Origin: Eledone cirrhosa
Taxonomy: Eukaryota
DNA: 64,000 bases
NCBI GenBank assembly: GCA_964016885.1
Contig: OZ024745.1
Span: 96,906,001 to 96,970,000 of the forward strand
Direction: 5' to 3'
Shown: positions 26,273 through 40,163 of the stretch, one piece after another
Layout: each line of letters begins with the position of its first letter
Position numbering within the stretch: the stretch's first letter is position 1
Translations under genes and position numbers: made by a program
Notes under the pieces: model-generated
What the model was told of the DNA's origin: nothing
What the model saw: only the letters and a program-made list of their open reading frames with translations
Databases searched by the model: none

Positions 26273-26670
26273 TTGCTGCTAATGCTGTTGTTGTTTATGC
26301 TGCTGCTGATGCTGTTGCGGCTGCTACTGTTCTTTTCCTTGTCACTGTTGCTGCTGCTGCTGTTATTACGGCTGCTACTGCTATTATTCATGACGTCAGA
26401 CGAATGAAATGGCTTTCCGTATTTACTGCACACATTTTTCGTCGTTGTTGTCGTCGTGGAGAAATGTTCCACGTTTTGCACGTGCTCTTGGAAACTATCA
26501 GAAACTATATTTTTCTTTACTGGCATCGCTTGCGAAAGAGAAGGGAGGGAGAGAGACACATTTAGAGAAGGGAGGGAGAGAGACAATCTTCTCTCTGCTG
26601 TAGTGACGATTGAGGAAGAAGAAGACGGAATGAGTGGGAGTGACTTGTGAAAATTCTTTTTTGTAGCCAT
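24575..26670 (-). pseudogene. Copy A ORF1 (gag-like, CCHC knuckle; Asn/Ser- and Pro/Thr-rich), interrupted
   Basis: Pieces 26119-26670, 25344-26096 and 24681-25286; knuckle CFRCGSKTHLRAFC. Confidence 0.85.
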
Positions 26671-26885
26671 GTTTTTTTTTTATTTAAAATAAATATTGGG
26701 CACAAAACCCCAATAAGCGGTTATTTAACCCCGAAGGGCCAAATAACGGGCAGAAAGACCCCTCTCACGAAGAAGAGGGTGTTTTTGTCTACGATTTGGT
26801 TAAAGTGTTAAACAATTTATAATTGTTATAGCGGTTAAAAATTACTATACGTTAGAGAGCCTAGCCTGCGTCAACCATGGCATTC

Positions 26886-26923
<38 letters not shown>

Positions 26924-27216
26924 TGATTTCTTTATTGGCCACAAGGGCTGACATCAAGAAAAACATTACAGACGGCACAGGACGGCACAGGACGGTACGA
27001 TGTGTTTGTGCGTGTAAAGATTTTTATTATTTATATAAAAAAAGAAAAAAAAAGACATATATATACATAAACAATAAAAATGAAAATTGAAACAATGAAA
27101 AGTTCCCCAATAGGGAGGAAACCTCTCTGGTTACTCGTGGCGAAAACCGCACAAAAGACCACGGCCACCCTGACCACCAGGGCAAGTGCCCTCTCTCAAT
27201 TTTTCCATTTCTCAAA

Positions 27217-30200
27217 CTACAGGCGTATATTCAGAGCGGTCCCGTTCACTCGGACCATTCTCGCTACATTCAACCACCTTTCAACAAACTTGCTAGAAGG
27301 CAGCACTTGCCTCTCCACCCTAATTTTCCTCTTCAAGTGAAACTTGAAAAAGTTAATTAGGGATTCGCCGAAGAGGAAAGTATCTGTCTTTAACCCTTTC
27401 AACCATGTCCACCACACAATCTCTTTCGCCATGGTCACCAGGCAGATGACAACCGCCTGCCCTTCCTCCTCGAAGGAAGACGGCGAGACCATCTGCACAA
27501 TGGACTCAGTCGATATCCGGATCTGTCCTACACGCGACAGCAACTGTTCGACATAGCTCCACAAGTCAGCAATGCTCGGGCACTGAACGAGTGCGTGCAC
27601 GACGGTTTCGTCGCTCTGCGCGCATCTCGGACAGGCTCGGCTGACAGCACTTCAGTGCCTGTAGAGCTTATCTCGAACCGGCAACGCTCCCTGGCAGCAC
27701 TTCCAGGCCAGGGATTTTTGGAAGTTATCCATAGGCCCTAGGCTGAAAGTTCTCCGGAAGAGAGCAAACAGCTGATCTTCTTCGACGCCCAGGATCTCTC
27801 CGAGAACGTCGTCGCTCTTCCCCTCCACTAGTCCTTTATAGAACGCCGAGGTGGATGTTCCACCGATACTGGTGCCTAGCTGGCAGAGGGCAGTGAGCGC
27901 CTGGAGACATTCCAGTTTCCAAGCGCTAGCCCTCGGTCTTTTCCTGAGCCAGGACTGCAGCTCCGTCAAGAAAACGAGCTGTGGGAAAATGTGCCTGGCG
28001 AACGGCGACCACACCTGTTCACCGTCAAGGAAGAAACAGAGATATCGCAGCCTCAGCGCATGTTTGCGCATCATCAGCCATGGCATTCCCAGTCCTCCAC
28101 GCAACGGGTGTTGACAGCAGATGGATCGTCTGACCATGGGAGCGCGTCCCTTCCTCAAAAGGCGGAAGAGGAGACGCTGCATTTTGGTGAGAGTTGGGCC
28201 GGGGGAAGAGACGACGGTGAGGCGGTAGCAGATGACGGATGCGATGTACGCATTCGCCCCTCCGCCCGGCCTTTCAGGGACAGCTTCCTCTCGGCCCCTT
28301 TCTGGGTGAGGGAGGCCATCTCGTTCGTCATCCGGTCCGAACCAGACCCCGAGCAATTTAACCGGCCCGTCCGTCCAACTCCCCATGACGCTGTCGGACG
28401 GCATGGACTTTCCTCTCCAGGTGCCGAGCTGCAAGTCCACCGACTTTTCCTGGTTTATCTTTGCTCCTGCCACCGCTTCGTATTCCTTGAGAGCGTTGCT
28501 GAGCATCTGGACGTGTCTGGTGCTCGACACCACCACGGTGTCGAGCACCAGACACGTCCAGATCGCATCCTAGTTCGCGTCCACACACGCATCCTAGTTC
28601 GCGTGGGACGCCCTACATCGCCCCCAGTTTGTGCAGTAACGGCTCGAGAGACAATACGTACAAGAGGGACGAGAGGGAACAACCCTGGCGGACCGAGCAC
28701 ATGATGCTCAACGGCTGCGACTGGTGACCGTTCACCCTCACAACTGAGCCGATGTCGCTGTACATCGCAGCGATCCAACCCCTGAAAACGGGCCCGAAAC
28801 CGGCTTCCTCGAGGACCGCCGCAAGGTACCGATGGTCGACCCTATCGAATGCTTTGGATTGATCCAAGTTGACCAGGGCCTCACCCATGCCAGGTTCCTT
28901 AACCACCCTCTCTATGATGTATCGCATGAGGTGGATGTTGTCGTGTATGGATCTGTCCGGAATGGCCTATGTCTGCGCCTCTCCCACCAGACGCTTGACG
29001 ACAAGGACCAACCTCGTTGCTAACACCTTGGCCAAAATCTTCAACTCTGCGTTTAGCAGGGTTATGGGCCTGAAGTTATCGATAACATCGCCTTTGTTCG
29101 GGTCTTTTCTCAGCAGCGCCACCGCTTCACGGCTCACAAAACTGCGAATGCTCTCATTCCGCTGCCAGTTGTAGTAGACGTCTGCCAAGAGGTCACCGAA
29201 TAAGTCTGGCATAAATGCATAAAGCTCGTAGAGCAGACAATCCAAACCTGGCGATTTACCCCCTCGTGCAGTTAGCCATCGCTTCCCGTATTTCACCGGC
29301 TGTTATTGGCTTTTCGCAACACTGTGTTGCGGTCGTCGAGAGCCGTGGAAGCCCATCGAGGTATGCACTGAAGTCCCTACACCGATCCGGCCCACCGTTG
29401 CTCCCGAACAGTTCAGCAAAGTGCTGCTGAAAAGCTTCACACATCTGCTCGGGTTCAAGCAACACGCGCCCGTTTTGGTCAGACAAAGACCGAATTGTGG
29501 CTTTGTTGCCACGTCGCGCCTCTGCCACCCGGGCCCAGTGGACGGCTTTTGTCCCCTCGTGTGTCAGAGGACGCGCTCTAGCTCTGACAACGCAGCCTTC
29601 GTGTTTTGCGTTGAAGAATTGGTGGAGTGCCAATCTCGCCGCAAGCACGTTGGTTGCGATGCCTGTCCTAAACGCCTCTTCTAGCTTTCTGACTAGCTCT
29701 CCCTCTACTCTATTTTCCTCTATCACTAGTCCTTTGCTAAACCTAATCGACTCTACTTTAATTGCTGAACCACCACCTGTTGTTGACAACCGCCCCCGTC
29801 AACGCCCGCTTAACTAATACGCTCATCCGGTCTCTGTAGGCTTTGCGCGCCGGGAAAGACGCGTTAAGCTTCCAGTAACTGGGCCCTTGTCTATGAAGTC
29901 TGTCTATGTCGATCACCCAGATCACAAATTTGTGGTCTGTGTAGTCTTATACTAGCCTTATCTAGTTCTCTGCAGAATACCCTATCGAGATACGTTCTGG
30001 ATGACCTAATGCAGTTTGTCCATGTCCACATTGGCACATTCGAGTGATCCAGTCGATACCTGTCAGACAGTTCAAAACGTCTGAGCAGGTTAGTGAGGCT
30101 CGAGCACCCTCCTCCTCTATCCACTAGCCCCACACAATCCCAGCGTGCATCCAAGATACCGTTCCAGTCGCCCACTAACACTAAAGAGCGGGACGTTCCA

Positions 30201-30586
30201 AGAAAGGTCTCTAGACGTCTAAAGAAATCTGGCCGTACTGTCCCTGTCGGGGCATAGACGGCCACTAGCCTGAAAGCGTTGCCTTCGGTGCCGCTTACGT
30301 CCAGCACCACCGACTTACCTTCTGGGTCCAGGAAGATGTTCCGTATGGCGAGACCCAAGCCTTTCCGAAACAACACAGCCACTCCGCCCCCCGCTCCCGG
30401 ACGGCTCGGAGATGCGTACACCTCGTAACCGTCGAATATCGGTGCGAAGGCTTGCGTTTCGGAGATTCTCGTCTCGCTGCTGGCCACATCTATGTTTAGT
30501 GACCTGAGGTCGTTAAGCAAGTGACCCTGATTCTAAACCAAGCTCAAGCCACGCACGTTTACACTTCCGATTCTGAATACGGCCAT
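27217..30586 (-). pseudogene. Copy B ORF2, multiply frameshifted, YADD region destroyed
   Basis: ORF-track fragments are collinear with copy A ORF2. Confidence 0.92.
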
Positions 30587-30618
30587 GTTGGGTGAGGAAC
30601 GGGGCAAGTGAGAAAGGA

Positions 30619-32628
30619 TCACTTACCTTGATCGTCTGGTGAAGGGACCGTTGAATAGTCCCTTCGGCTGGTCGTCGGCTCTTCTGTGATTATATCCGAG
30701 TATACTCTCCGGTTGAGTGTCCCTCCTAGTCTCTGAAATAACCAACTGCGTTGGAGAATTTCATTTTAATATTTGTGTATTGTTTTTGTGATATTCTTAC
30801 CAGTCTTATGTTCGTTGGTGTTTTGATTGGTGCTGGTATTATGTAGTCGTGCTGTGAAATGACTGTGTGTTCAATTATGTAAGTCATTAGTTTCTTGTTG
30901 TGTGTATTTATTGCTGTGCATTTCTTTTTCTGGGGGTGGGGTGTGGTTCTGCTATTTTCTTGTCGTTGTTGCTGGGTGTGTGTGTTTTGTTGTTGTGTTT
31001 GCGATGTTGGTGCTTGTGGTGGTGTTGTTGAAAGTGTTGTTGTTGTTGGCGGTGGGGTTGCCGCTGGTGGTGATGGTAGTGCTAGTGTGGGTGGTGATGA
31101 TGTTGGTGGTGATGGTGTGGGTGGTGTTGCTGCTGTAAGTCTCTTTGCAGTAGCCTTTACCCTTTTTTCATTTCTTCCCTCCCTTTTCGAAGGCGACGAT
31201 GCGCTGCTTCTGCGTTTGTGCCTTCTTTCGACCTTTTGCCATCCCTCTCCCACCTACAACTCCATGTCCGATTCTGTGAGGTCAGGGAGGGGTACCAGCT
31301 CCACTCTTTCACTTCTTGTTGTTGGTGATGTTTGCAGTGGAGCCTCTGTTGCAGCTGCAGTTGGTATTACTGTTGTTGTTGTTAATACTTCCACTGCTGC
31401 TGCTGTTCTTGATTTCCGTGGCGTGGGTATGGGTGCCACGGACCTATCCTTCCTGCTTCCCGCCTGTTCTGTTGCTGGTAGCAGTGGAGCCGGTTTCGGA
31501 AGGGGGGGGGGTCTCCTTTCTCAGGGTCTTCGATCCACAGCGAAAGCATTTCGGGCGTTTGCCCTCAACACTTATGGGCAGTTGAGTGCCGTTATCGAAG
31601 TCTATCACATCCGGGATAACTTCGATGCACTCCTGGTTGGTTTGGATTAACATCTCAATGGAGGCGCCGACCCAATCTTCTCGTACTTTTTTCTGTACTT
31701 GCAGTACAGTTGTTTTGTCCTCGATTCCGACGTGGTCAGACGCGGCCAGCCAAGAAGGGGCCATCCGGGGGGGGGGGTCAGTTTGACTCTCACAATTTTC
31801 TGCCCGCAGTAGGAGGGCACCAACACCATTTCCTCGCTCCTTAGGGTCACTAAGGATTTGCCTCCTGGGGTGTGGAAAAAGCACGTCCATGGTGGCATAT
31901 TTCTTGCCTCGGGTGATATGCGTTTTCCGCTGCCTCACAGACCCTAAGGCTTTTTGTATTTGAGCCACTGTGGCTCTTTCAACCCTACATGATTTTGTGC
32001 TTACTGTACGGTACGTAACGGTACTGTGGTGTTGGTTTCAAAAAAATGTTCGGCTGCCTTGCAGATTGCTCGGTGTCCGGTTTTCGTCACCATCTTCTTC
32101 TGCTTCCTGTAATTCCTCATTCGTTATAAGGATGGTTTCCAGGTTCTTTGCGATACCTGCAAACGAGATTGGTTTTTCTTTCTTGTTGTTGTTGTTGTTG
32201 TTGTTGCTGTTACTTTTGTTGTTGCTGCTGGTACTACGATCGCCGCCGACGTTGTTGCTGTGGTTGTTGTTGTTGTTGCTACTGCTGCTGTTGTTGTTGC
32301 TGTTTCAGCTGCTGCTGTTATTACGGCTGCTACTGCTATTCTTCATGACGTCAGACGAATGAAATGGCTTTCCGTATTTACCGCGCACATTTTTCGTCGT
32401 TGTCGTCGTCGTGGAGAAATGTTCCACGGTATGCACGTGCTCTTGGTGAAAGCTATCAGAAATTATATTTTTCTTTTTCTTTAATGGCGTCGCTTGCGAA
32501 AGAGTCAACACCACATTTAGAGAAGGGAGGGAGAGAGATAATCTTCTCTCTGATGTAGTGACGATTGAGGAAGAAGAAGAAGACGGAATGAGTGGGAGTG
32601 ACTTGTGAAAATTCTTTTTTGTAGCCAT
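30619..32628 (-). pseudogene. Copy B ORF1, interrupted; zinc knuckle partly deleted
   Basis: MATKKNFHKSLP start identical to copy A; CFRCGSKT is followed by a deletion. Confidence 0.85.
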
Positions 32629-33227
32629 GTTTTTTTGGGGGGTTTATAATGAATATTGGGCACAAAACCACAATAAGGGGTTATTTAACCCCGAAGGGCC
32701 AAATAACGGGCAGAAAGACCCCTCTTACGAGGAGGAAGGTGTTTTTATCTACAATTTGGTTAAAGTTTTAAACAATTTACAATTGTTATAGCGGTTAAAA
32801 ATTACTATAACTTACAGAGCCGAGCCTCCGTCAACCATGGCATTCAATAATAATAATAATAATAATTTCGCTCTACATGGCTTTAAAAATTAGGCTTGTT
32901 TGCATAATTGCAACCGAATCGAATATTATTATTAATATTCAAAAAACTCAGTGTACATACTAGTCCGAGAAGGAAGGGCAGGGATCCATCCACACAGCGG
33001 TGTTGACAGCAAGTCCATTGTCAACGTGGAATCATAATTGGTGTCGCTTCCTTTTGAAAATACTCGCAGACAATTGAATTAATTAATATAAAGATAGATA
33101 ATGTGGATATGAGAATATATAACAATATATATATGTGAAAAGATGGAAATAGAGTTAGTCCTGTCTCTGTCACTGACTTATGAAGGCAAATATATCAACC
33201 TCTACTGAGTACTTAACATTGTTACCT

Positions 33228-33356
33228 CCCTTTACGGTATGAGTTCAAATCCCCTCGAGGTTAACTTTGTCTTTCATCCTTACGTGGGTCGATAAAATAA
33301 AGTACCAGTAATGTACTGGGTAATTGCTGGCCTCGTGCCAAAAGTAGAAACAATTA
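33228..33356 (+). mobile_element. 5'-truncated SINE, family 1
   Basis: B-box gagttcaaatcc and the conserved central domain. Confidence 0.8.
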
Positions 33357-33409
33357 AATTATGTTTCTCTCCCTTTTAGACGGGAGCAATAATAATCAGG
33401 TATATGCGT

Positions 33410-34228
<819 letters not shown>

Positions 34229-34362
34229 CATGTAAAGTTATATTTAAAATTGTTGGGTTACAACTAGTAAATATTTATAACTGATATAAAAGCACTCGAC
34301 AAATACTTGGAGTATATTTACAATATTAAATAAATGGAAAACTATATTTATAAAACCATATT

Positions 34363-34428
34363 TATTTCATTATATATATTTCGGGGATATCATATTAACA
34401 ATATGCTATGCCTTCATCAGACAAAATA
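34363..34428 (-). ncRNA. Type I hammerhead (PLE2 3' pLTR)
   Basis: Reverse complement of 37586-37651. Confidence 0.7.
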
Positions 34429-34793
34429 CAATATAAACAGTTTTATAGATAAATATATTCGACATACCGTAATGAACATCAACTTCATTTGAAGAGGTTC
34501 ACTCTAGCAGTGAAAACACAGAGAGAAAGAAAGAGAGAGAGAAAAGAGGGAAATAAGAAAGAAAGAAAGACAAAACGAAGAAAAGGAAGAAAAAGAAGAA
34601 AAAGAAGAAATGCATGGGACAAAATAGAGAGATGGAAAAATAGATAAAGCGAAGAGCTTCATGTAAAGAGACCGAAAGAGATATATATATATATAGAGAG
34701 AGAGAGGAAATAGAGATAGATACATATATAAATATAGATATAGAAAAATTAGGTAGTGGGAGGTCATTTTGAGTAAGTGTATCAATGATGCAT

Positions 34794-34836
<43 letters not shown>

Positions 34837-36030
34837 GCTCAAGTATTAATGTAAGGGAGATATAGAGAGATATAGAGAGATATAGAGAGAGAAAAATTTA
34901 AAAATAGCCAGACATATTCGAGGCGTAGAAAACCCTATGTTTTAATGTATTATTATTTATAAAACTTACACTATATTGTAAATATCAGTATTCCTGAATG
35001 AAACAAGTATTCACAATGCGTGAAAATTCATTATCTTATGTTTAGTTTTTTAAAAAATTCATATGTCTATGTGAATCCAACTGATTCACTCCGCAAATTC
35101 AAAGTTACCGGAAAACATTCTCAATGTGGTATAAACATTTGAGCGTATTATTATTCTTGCGATTACTCTACAAGATTATCTATCAAGCAGAAATAGAGAG
35201 CAGATTTCAATATACTAATCGAAAATATATATTATATTATAAGCAGAGATAACAATAATAATGATAATAAGTAAAAATATATAAAAATATAAAAATATAG
35301 AATAGAAAACTAAAAAAGAATATTACGAAAGAATATTACATAATAAAAATATTGCATATTAAAAATACTACGTATTAAAAATATTACGTATTAAAACTTT
35401 ACATATAAAAATATTAAAAATATTAAAAATATTAAAAATAAAAATTTACATATAAAAAAAAAAAAAAAAAAAAAAAAAATTTACATATAAAAATATTAAA
35501 AATAAAAATAAAATAAAATAAAAAATAAAAATATAAAAATATTATAGAATACTACAATACTAAAAGAATAAAAATAAAAATACAAATAAAAATAAAAATA
35601 AAAATAAAAATAAAAATGAAAATAAAAAATAAACCACAAAGAACAACCCTTCAAGGTTAATTGACAATATATTGCCAAGTTCACTACAAGACAAAGCCAA
35701 AAATTATCTATCAAATCACATCTAGCAAGGAATATCGCAAAAAAAAGATTATGATGTCCAATAATGTCTACATATGTTCCTATATTTAATATATAAGTTT
35801 ATCAAGTGTAAGGTTAATTCAGAAAATTTGGAGCATCGGCTTTTAGGGTAGCTTAATTTTTCATGAGGAATGTTTAGATAAAAATAAAAATAAAAATAAA
35901 AATAAAAATAAAAATAAAAATAAATACAATAAAATAAACAATAAAAAGAGTAAAAAGAGGGAATCAAAGATTTAGGAATCAAAAGATTTATCGGCTAGTT
36001 CTCATATAAATATAAATCAAACTAAATATA

Positions 36031-36660
36031 CTACATTTTAAATTTAAATTTATATTTAAACGTTGAGTTTAATCTATGTTTGCAACAACTGAATAAATTT
36101 GTCCGTAGGTTAAGGGAATTTTTAGATTTTAGTATAAAGAATATCTCCTCTGCGCAGAGGTCACATGTCTCAGAGGATGAATTAAAAGGAATCCCTCTTG
36201 AGACTATATTCCAAGCCGTCGAATATCTAACGTTATCTAGCTTAAGTTGCCAGAGTACACCTGATAGTGCCGTTGAAGATTTTTTATTTGGATCTGTGAA
36301 AGAATTCTTGTGGTTATTATAGCGAAGTTTAAATTCCGTCGATGTGGAACCGACGTAGTTAAAAGAATTAGAGTCAGTATTAACATTACAATTGTATACT
36401 ATATTTTTAACTAAGCAGTTGTTATTTAACGGACATTTAGATCTATCTCTACAGTTACATTTGTTAACTTGTATATTATTTATGCTATTATCAGTAGGTT
36501 TTAAGTTCCTATTATTTATTCTATTAATATTTTGTGCTAAATTTTTGGTGGATGAATAGGTTAATTTAATTGTATGCCTATTGAAGATTGAGTGGTACCT
36601 ATGTGTTCTAGGGAAGCGATTATCAAGAGCTTTGAAAAATAATTTAGCGATGTGGGTTTT
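36031..36660 (-). pseudogene. Start-less open frame (209 codons): PLE linker plus GIY-YIG endonuclease
   Basis: Hand translation: KTHIAKLFFKALDNRFP...IFNRHTIKLTYS...CNCRDRSKCPLNNNCLVKNIVY...YVGSTSTEFKLRYNNHKNSF...LWQLK...CDLCAEE...LN...CKH, then stop. Confidence 0.93.
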
Positions 36661-37185
36661 TAATATGCAATATTTTTATTATGTAATATTCTTTCGTAAT
36701 ATTCTTTTTTAGTTTTCTATTCTATATTTTTATATTTTTATATATTTTTACTTATTATCATTATTATTGTTATCTCTGCTTATAATATAATATATATTTT
36801 CGATTAGTATATTGAAATCTGCTCTCTATTTCTGCTTGATAGATAATCTTGTAGAGTAATCGCAAGAATAATAATACGCTCAAATGTTTATACCACATTG
36901 AGAATGTTTTCCGGTAACTTTGAATTTGCGGAGTGAATCAGTTGGATTCACATAGACATATGAATTTTTTAAAAAACTAAACATAAGATAATGAATTTTC
37001 ACGCATTGTGAATACTTGTTTCATTCAGGAATACTGATATTTACAATATAGTGTAAGTTTTATAAATACTAATACATTAAAACATAGGGTTTTCTACGCC
37101 TCGAATATGTCTGGCTATTTTTAAATTTTTCTCTCTCTATATCTCTCTATATCTCTCTATATCTCCCTTACATTAATACTTGAGC

Positions 37186-37220
<35 letters not shown>

Positions 37221-37585
37221 ATGCATCATTGATACACTTACTCAAAATGACCTCCCACTACCTAATTTTTCTATATCTATATTTATATATGTATCTATCT
37301 CTATTTCCTCTCTCTCTATATATATATATATATCTCTTTCGGTCTCTTTACATGAAGCTCTTCGCTTTATCTATTTTTCCATCTCTCTATTTTGTCCCAT
37401 GCATTTCTTCTTTTTCTTCTTTTTCTTCCTTTTCTTCGTTTTGTCTTTCTTTCTTTCTTATTTCCCTCTTTTCTCTCTCTCTTTCTTTCTCTCTGTGTTT
37501 TCACTGCTAGAGTGAACCTCTTCAAATGAAGTTGATGTTCATTACGGTATGTCGAATATATTTATCTATAAAACTGTTTATATTG

Positions 37586-37651
37586 TATTTTGTCTGATGA
37601 AGGCATAGCATATTGTTAATATGATATCCCCGAAATATATATAATGAAATA
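37586..37651 (+). ncRNA. Type I hammerhead (PLE2 inverted pLTR)
   Basis: uauuuugu-CUGAUGA-agg...cauauu/aauaug...ccc-GAAA-UAUAUA-UA-augaaaua; base of stem II imperfect. Confidence 0.7.
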
Positions 37652-37700
37652 AATATGGTTTTATAAATATAGTTTTCCATTTATTTAATATTGTATATAT

Positions 37701-37759
<59 letters not shown>

Positions 37760-37765
37760 AATATA

Positions 37766-37861
<96 letters not shown>

Positions 37862-37990
37862 GAAGTTCTATTTAAATTGTTGGGATACAACAAGCAAATA
37901 TTTTTATAACTGATATAAAGCACTCAACAAATTATTGGAGTAAAAATACGATATATTAACAAATGGAAACTATATTTATAAAACCATATT

Positions 37991-38055
37991 TATTTCATTA
38001 TACATATTTCAAGGACACCAAGTTAAATTATGGTGTGCTTTCATCAGATAAAATA
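37991..38055 (-). ncRNA. Type I hammerhead
   Basis: uauuuuau-CUGAUGA-AAGcACACCA(loop)UGGUGUcCUU-GAAA-UAUGUA-UA-augaaaua. Confidence 0.82.
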
Positions 38056-38194
38056 TAATATAGAGCAGTTTTATAAATAAATATTGACATACCCTTAAAG
38101 AATGCGACCATTTCTGTTGGAAGCTCCCGGATAGTGAAATGGTCGCATTCTTTAAGGGTATGTCAATATTTATTTATAAAACTGCTCTATATTA

Positions 38195-38259
38195 TATTTT
38201 ATCTGATGAAAGCACACCATAATTTAACTTCGTGGCCTTGAAATATGTATAATGAAATA
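38195..38259 (+). ncRNA. Type I hammerhead (inverted copy, two stem II substitutions)
   Basis: CUGAUGA at 38203, GAAA at 38240. Confidence 0.75.
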
Positions 38260-38300
38260 AATATGGTTTTATAAATATAGTTTCCATTTGTTAATATATC

Positions 38301-38353
<53 letters not shown>

Positions 38354-38608
38354 ACACAAACACATAAACGTGCTTACTAACGCACACACACACACAACAA
38401 CTACCTGTCTTTGATTAACCCATGAATATGTCTATAATTAAAAACACATGAAGAAAGACTAATTATCTCATTTATACATATTGCTTTACTTAGACAAGTC
38501 CCTTCGGAACTAATAATCCATCTATAGTTCTTTATCCACACCATCTCCCCATAGCCAACATATACGAACTATCTATCAAGAACTTCTCAGCTCATTAACT
38601 CCTTATTT

Positions 38609-38659
<51 letters not shown>

Positions 38660-38710
38660 ACGTAAAATGATGATGAATGATGATCATATATATACATATA
38701 TATATATGCA

Positions 38711-38754
<44 letters not shown>

Positions 38755-38808
38755 ACGTAAAATGATGATGAATGATGATCATATATATACATATATATAT
38801 ATACGCAG

Positions 38809-38864
<56 letters not shown>

Positions 38865-39097
38865 AACGAGCTATTGTGGTATGTGGGGAGAGTATTTTAC
38901 ATTCAGTTTATTGAAATGATGCATTAACTTATACGCACACATACACACATATACACATATAGATACACACACGAACATACATACACACACACAGGCACGC
39001 TCACATGACCACACACTTGAAGCAATAAGGTTATCTGAATATTCTAAAATGATGCTATATCTGACTATGATAACAATCTTACTTCCAAATAAATCGC

Positions 39098-39171
39098 TCT
39101 TCTTCTTCTTCTTCTTCTTCTTCTTCTTCTTCTTCTTCTTCTTCTTCTTCTTCTTCTTCTTCTTCTTCTTC
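39098..39171. repeat. (TTC)n microsatellite
   Basis: Seen directly. Confidence 0.97.
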
Positions 39172-39867
39172 CCTCGAATGAGACTGTTGCTCTCTCAGGT
39201 TGTTGTCGTTCCCTTGATCGAGATCAGAGATCAGGGATCAGTTTCCAAGGACCTCCGAGAGGAGGTCGACAGTTTGGGCCTCAATAAATAAATAGATAAA
39301 TAGATCTGATTATTCCATTCTTCTATGGCAGAAATATCGATTCTGAGTTTGGAAGGATCAATATCAGGTTTTGAATAGCCTGATTCTCCCTAGATCATTT
39401 TTGATCCATCAGATCTATGATCACAAGCATTTCTGTTATGATCCTCGCGTCTTTATCCTAGGACCAGTGCACCTATTACCATATCCAATTTCTTGCTCTC
39501 TTCTATGACTGTAGGGTATGATTTAATGGAATTTGGTTGTTATTTCCAGCAGGCGGTGCGACTGCATATATGATAATTTACACTTATTACTGTCTTTCTC
39601 TTCACATACTCTTTTACTCACACTCTTTTACTCTATCTTCCCTTACTCTCTTTCCATACCAGCTCCCTTCGTGGGGGAGAAGATTCTTCAGTTTTATAAA
39701 TCAAAATAGTATAAGATTGAAGGTCACATGACCTTTGTCATTTCCTTCTTGATATCATAATTGCAATCATAATTGTTTAGTCACAGCTCAACCTTCATGG
39801 AACAGAACTCTGTTCAGAAGAATCCCACCTGTGACCAACGAATATTTTATTTACGCAGAGAATATAT

Positions 39868-40163
39868 GAGAAGGCACTCCGTCGGTTACGACGACGAATG
39901 TTCCAGTTGATCCGATCAACGGAACAGCCCGCTCGTGAAATTAACGTGCAAGTGGCTGAGCATTCCACAGACACGCATACACCTAACGTAGTTCTTGGGG
40001 TGACATAGAATATGACAAGGCTGGCCATTCGAACTACAGGCACAATTCATTTTTGTCAGCTGAGTGGACTGGAGTAACGCGGAATAAAGTGGCTTGCTTA
40101 ATGACTTAACGCACCACCGGGAATCGAACTCATAACCTTAGGATTATAAGTCGAATACCTTAA
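39868..40163 (-). mobile_element. tRNA-derived SINE, family 2
   Basis: Minus strand A-box tggctttgtgg, B-box gagttcgattcc. Fragments of the same family lie near 580-655 and 43250-43410. Confidence 0.82.

Larger units (their letters stand above)
20926..26885 (-). mobile_element. Full-length Tx1/L1-clade LINE copy A, inserted in (AAT)n
   Basis: 5' end gaatgccatggttgacg, 3' end aataaagaaatc, (AAT)n on both sides, ORF1 plus ORF2. Confidence 0.93.
26925..32845 (-). mobile_element. Full-length Tx1/L1-clade LINE copy B, inserted in (AAT)n
   Basis: Same termini as copy A; (AAT)n at 26886-26921 and 32846-32866. Confidence 0.93.
34229..37695 (-). mobile_element. Penelope-like element 2: 5'-truncated, with ~1.04-kb inverted pseudo-LTR (34319-35365 / 36657-37695)
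   Basis: Near-perfect inverted arms flank a GIY-YIG remnant; (TA)n on both sides. Confidence 0.92.
37858..38304. mobile_element. Fold-back mini-element related to the PLE2 terminus (arms 37946-38114 / 38136-38304)
   Basis: Homologous to 34229-34470; ~170-bp inverted arms with a 21-nt loop; (TA)n flanks. Confidence 0.88.

Noticed and set aside
32960-33050. Possible minus-strand exon (SDTNYDSTLTMDLLSTPLCGWIPALPSRT)
   Set aside because: Weak AAG acceptor and donor, unrecognised peptide.
39172-39500. R4-like C-terminal scraps in both orientations
   Set aside because: Too short and decayed to call.
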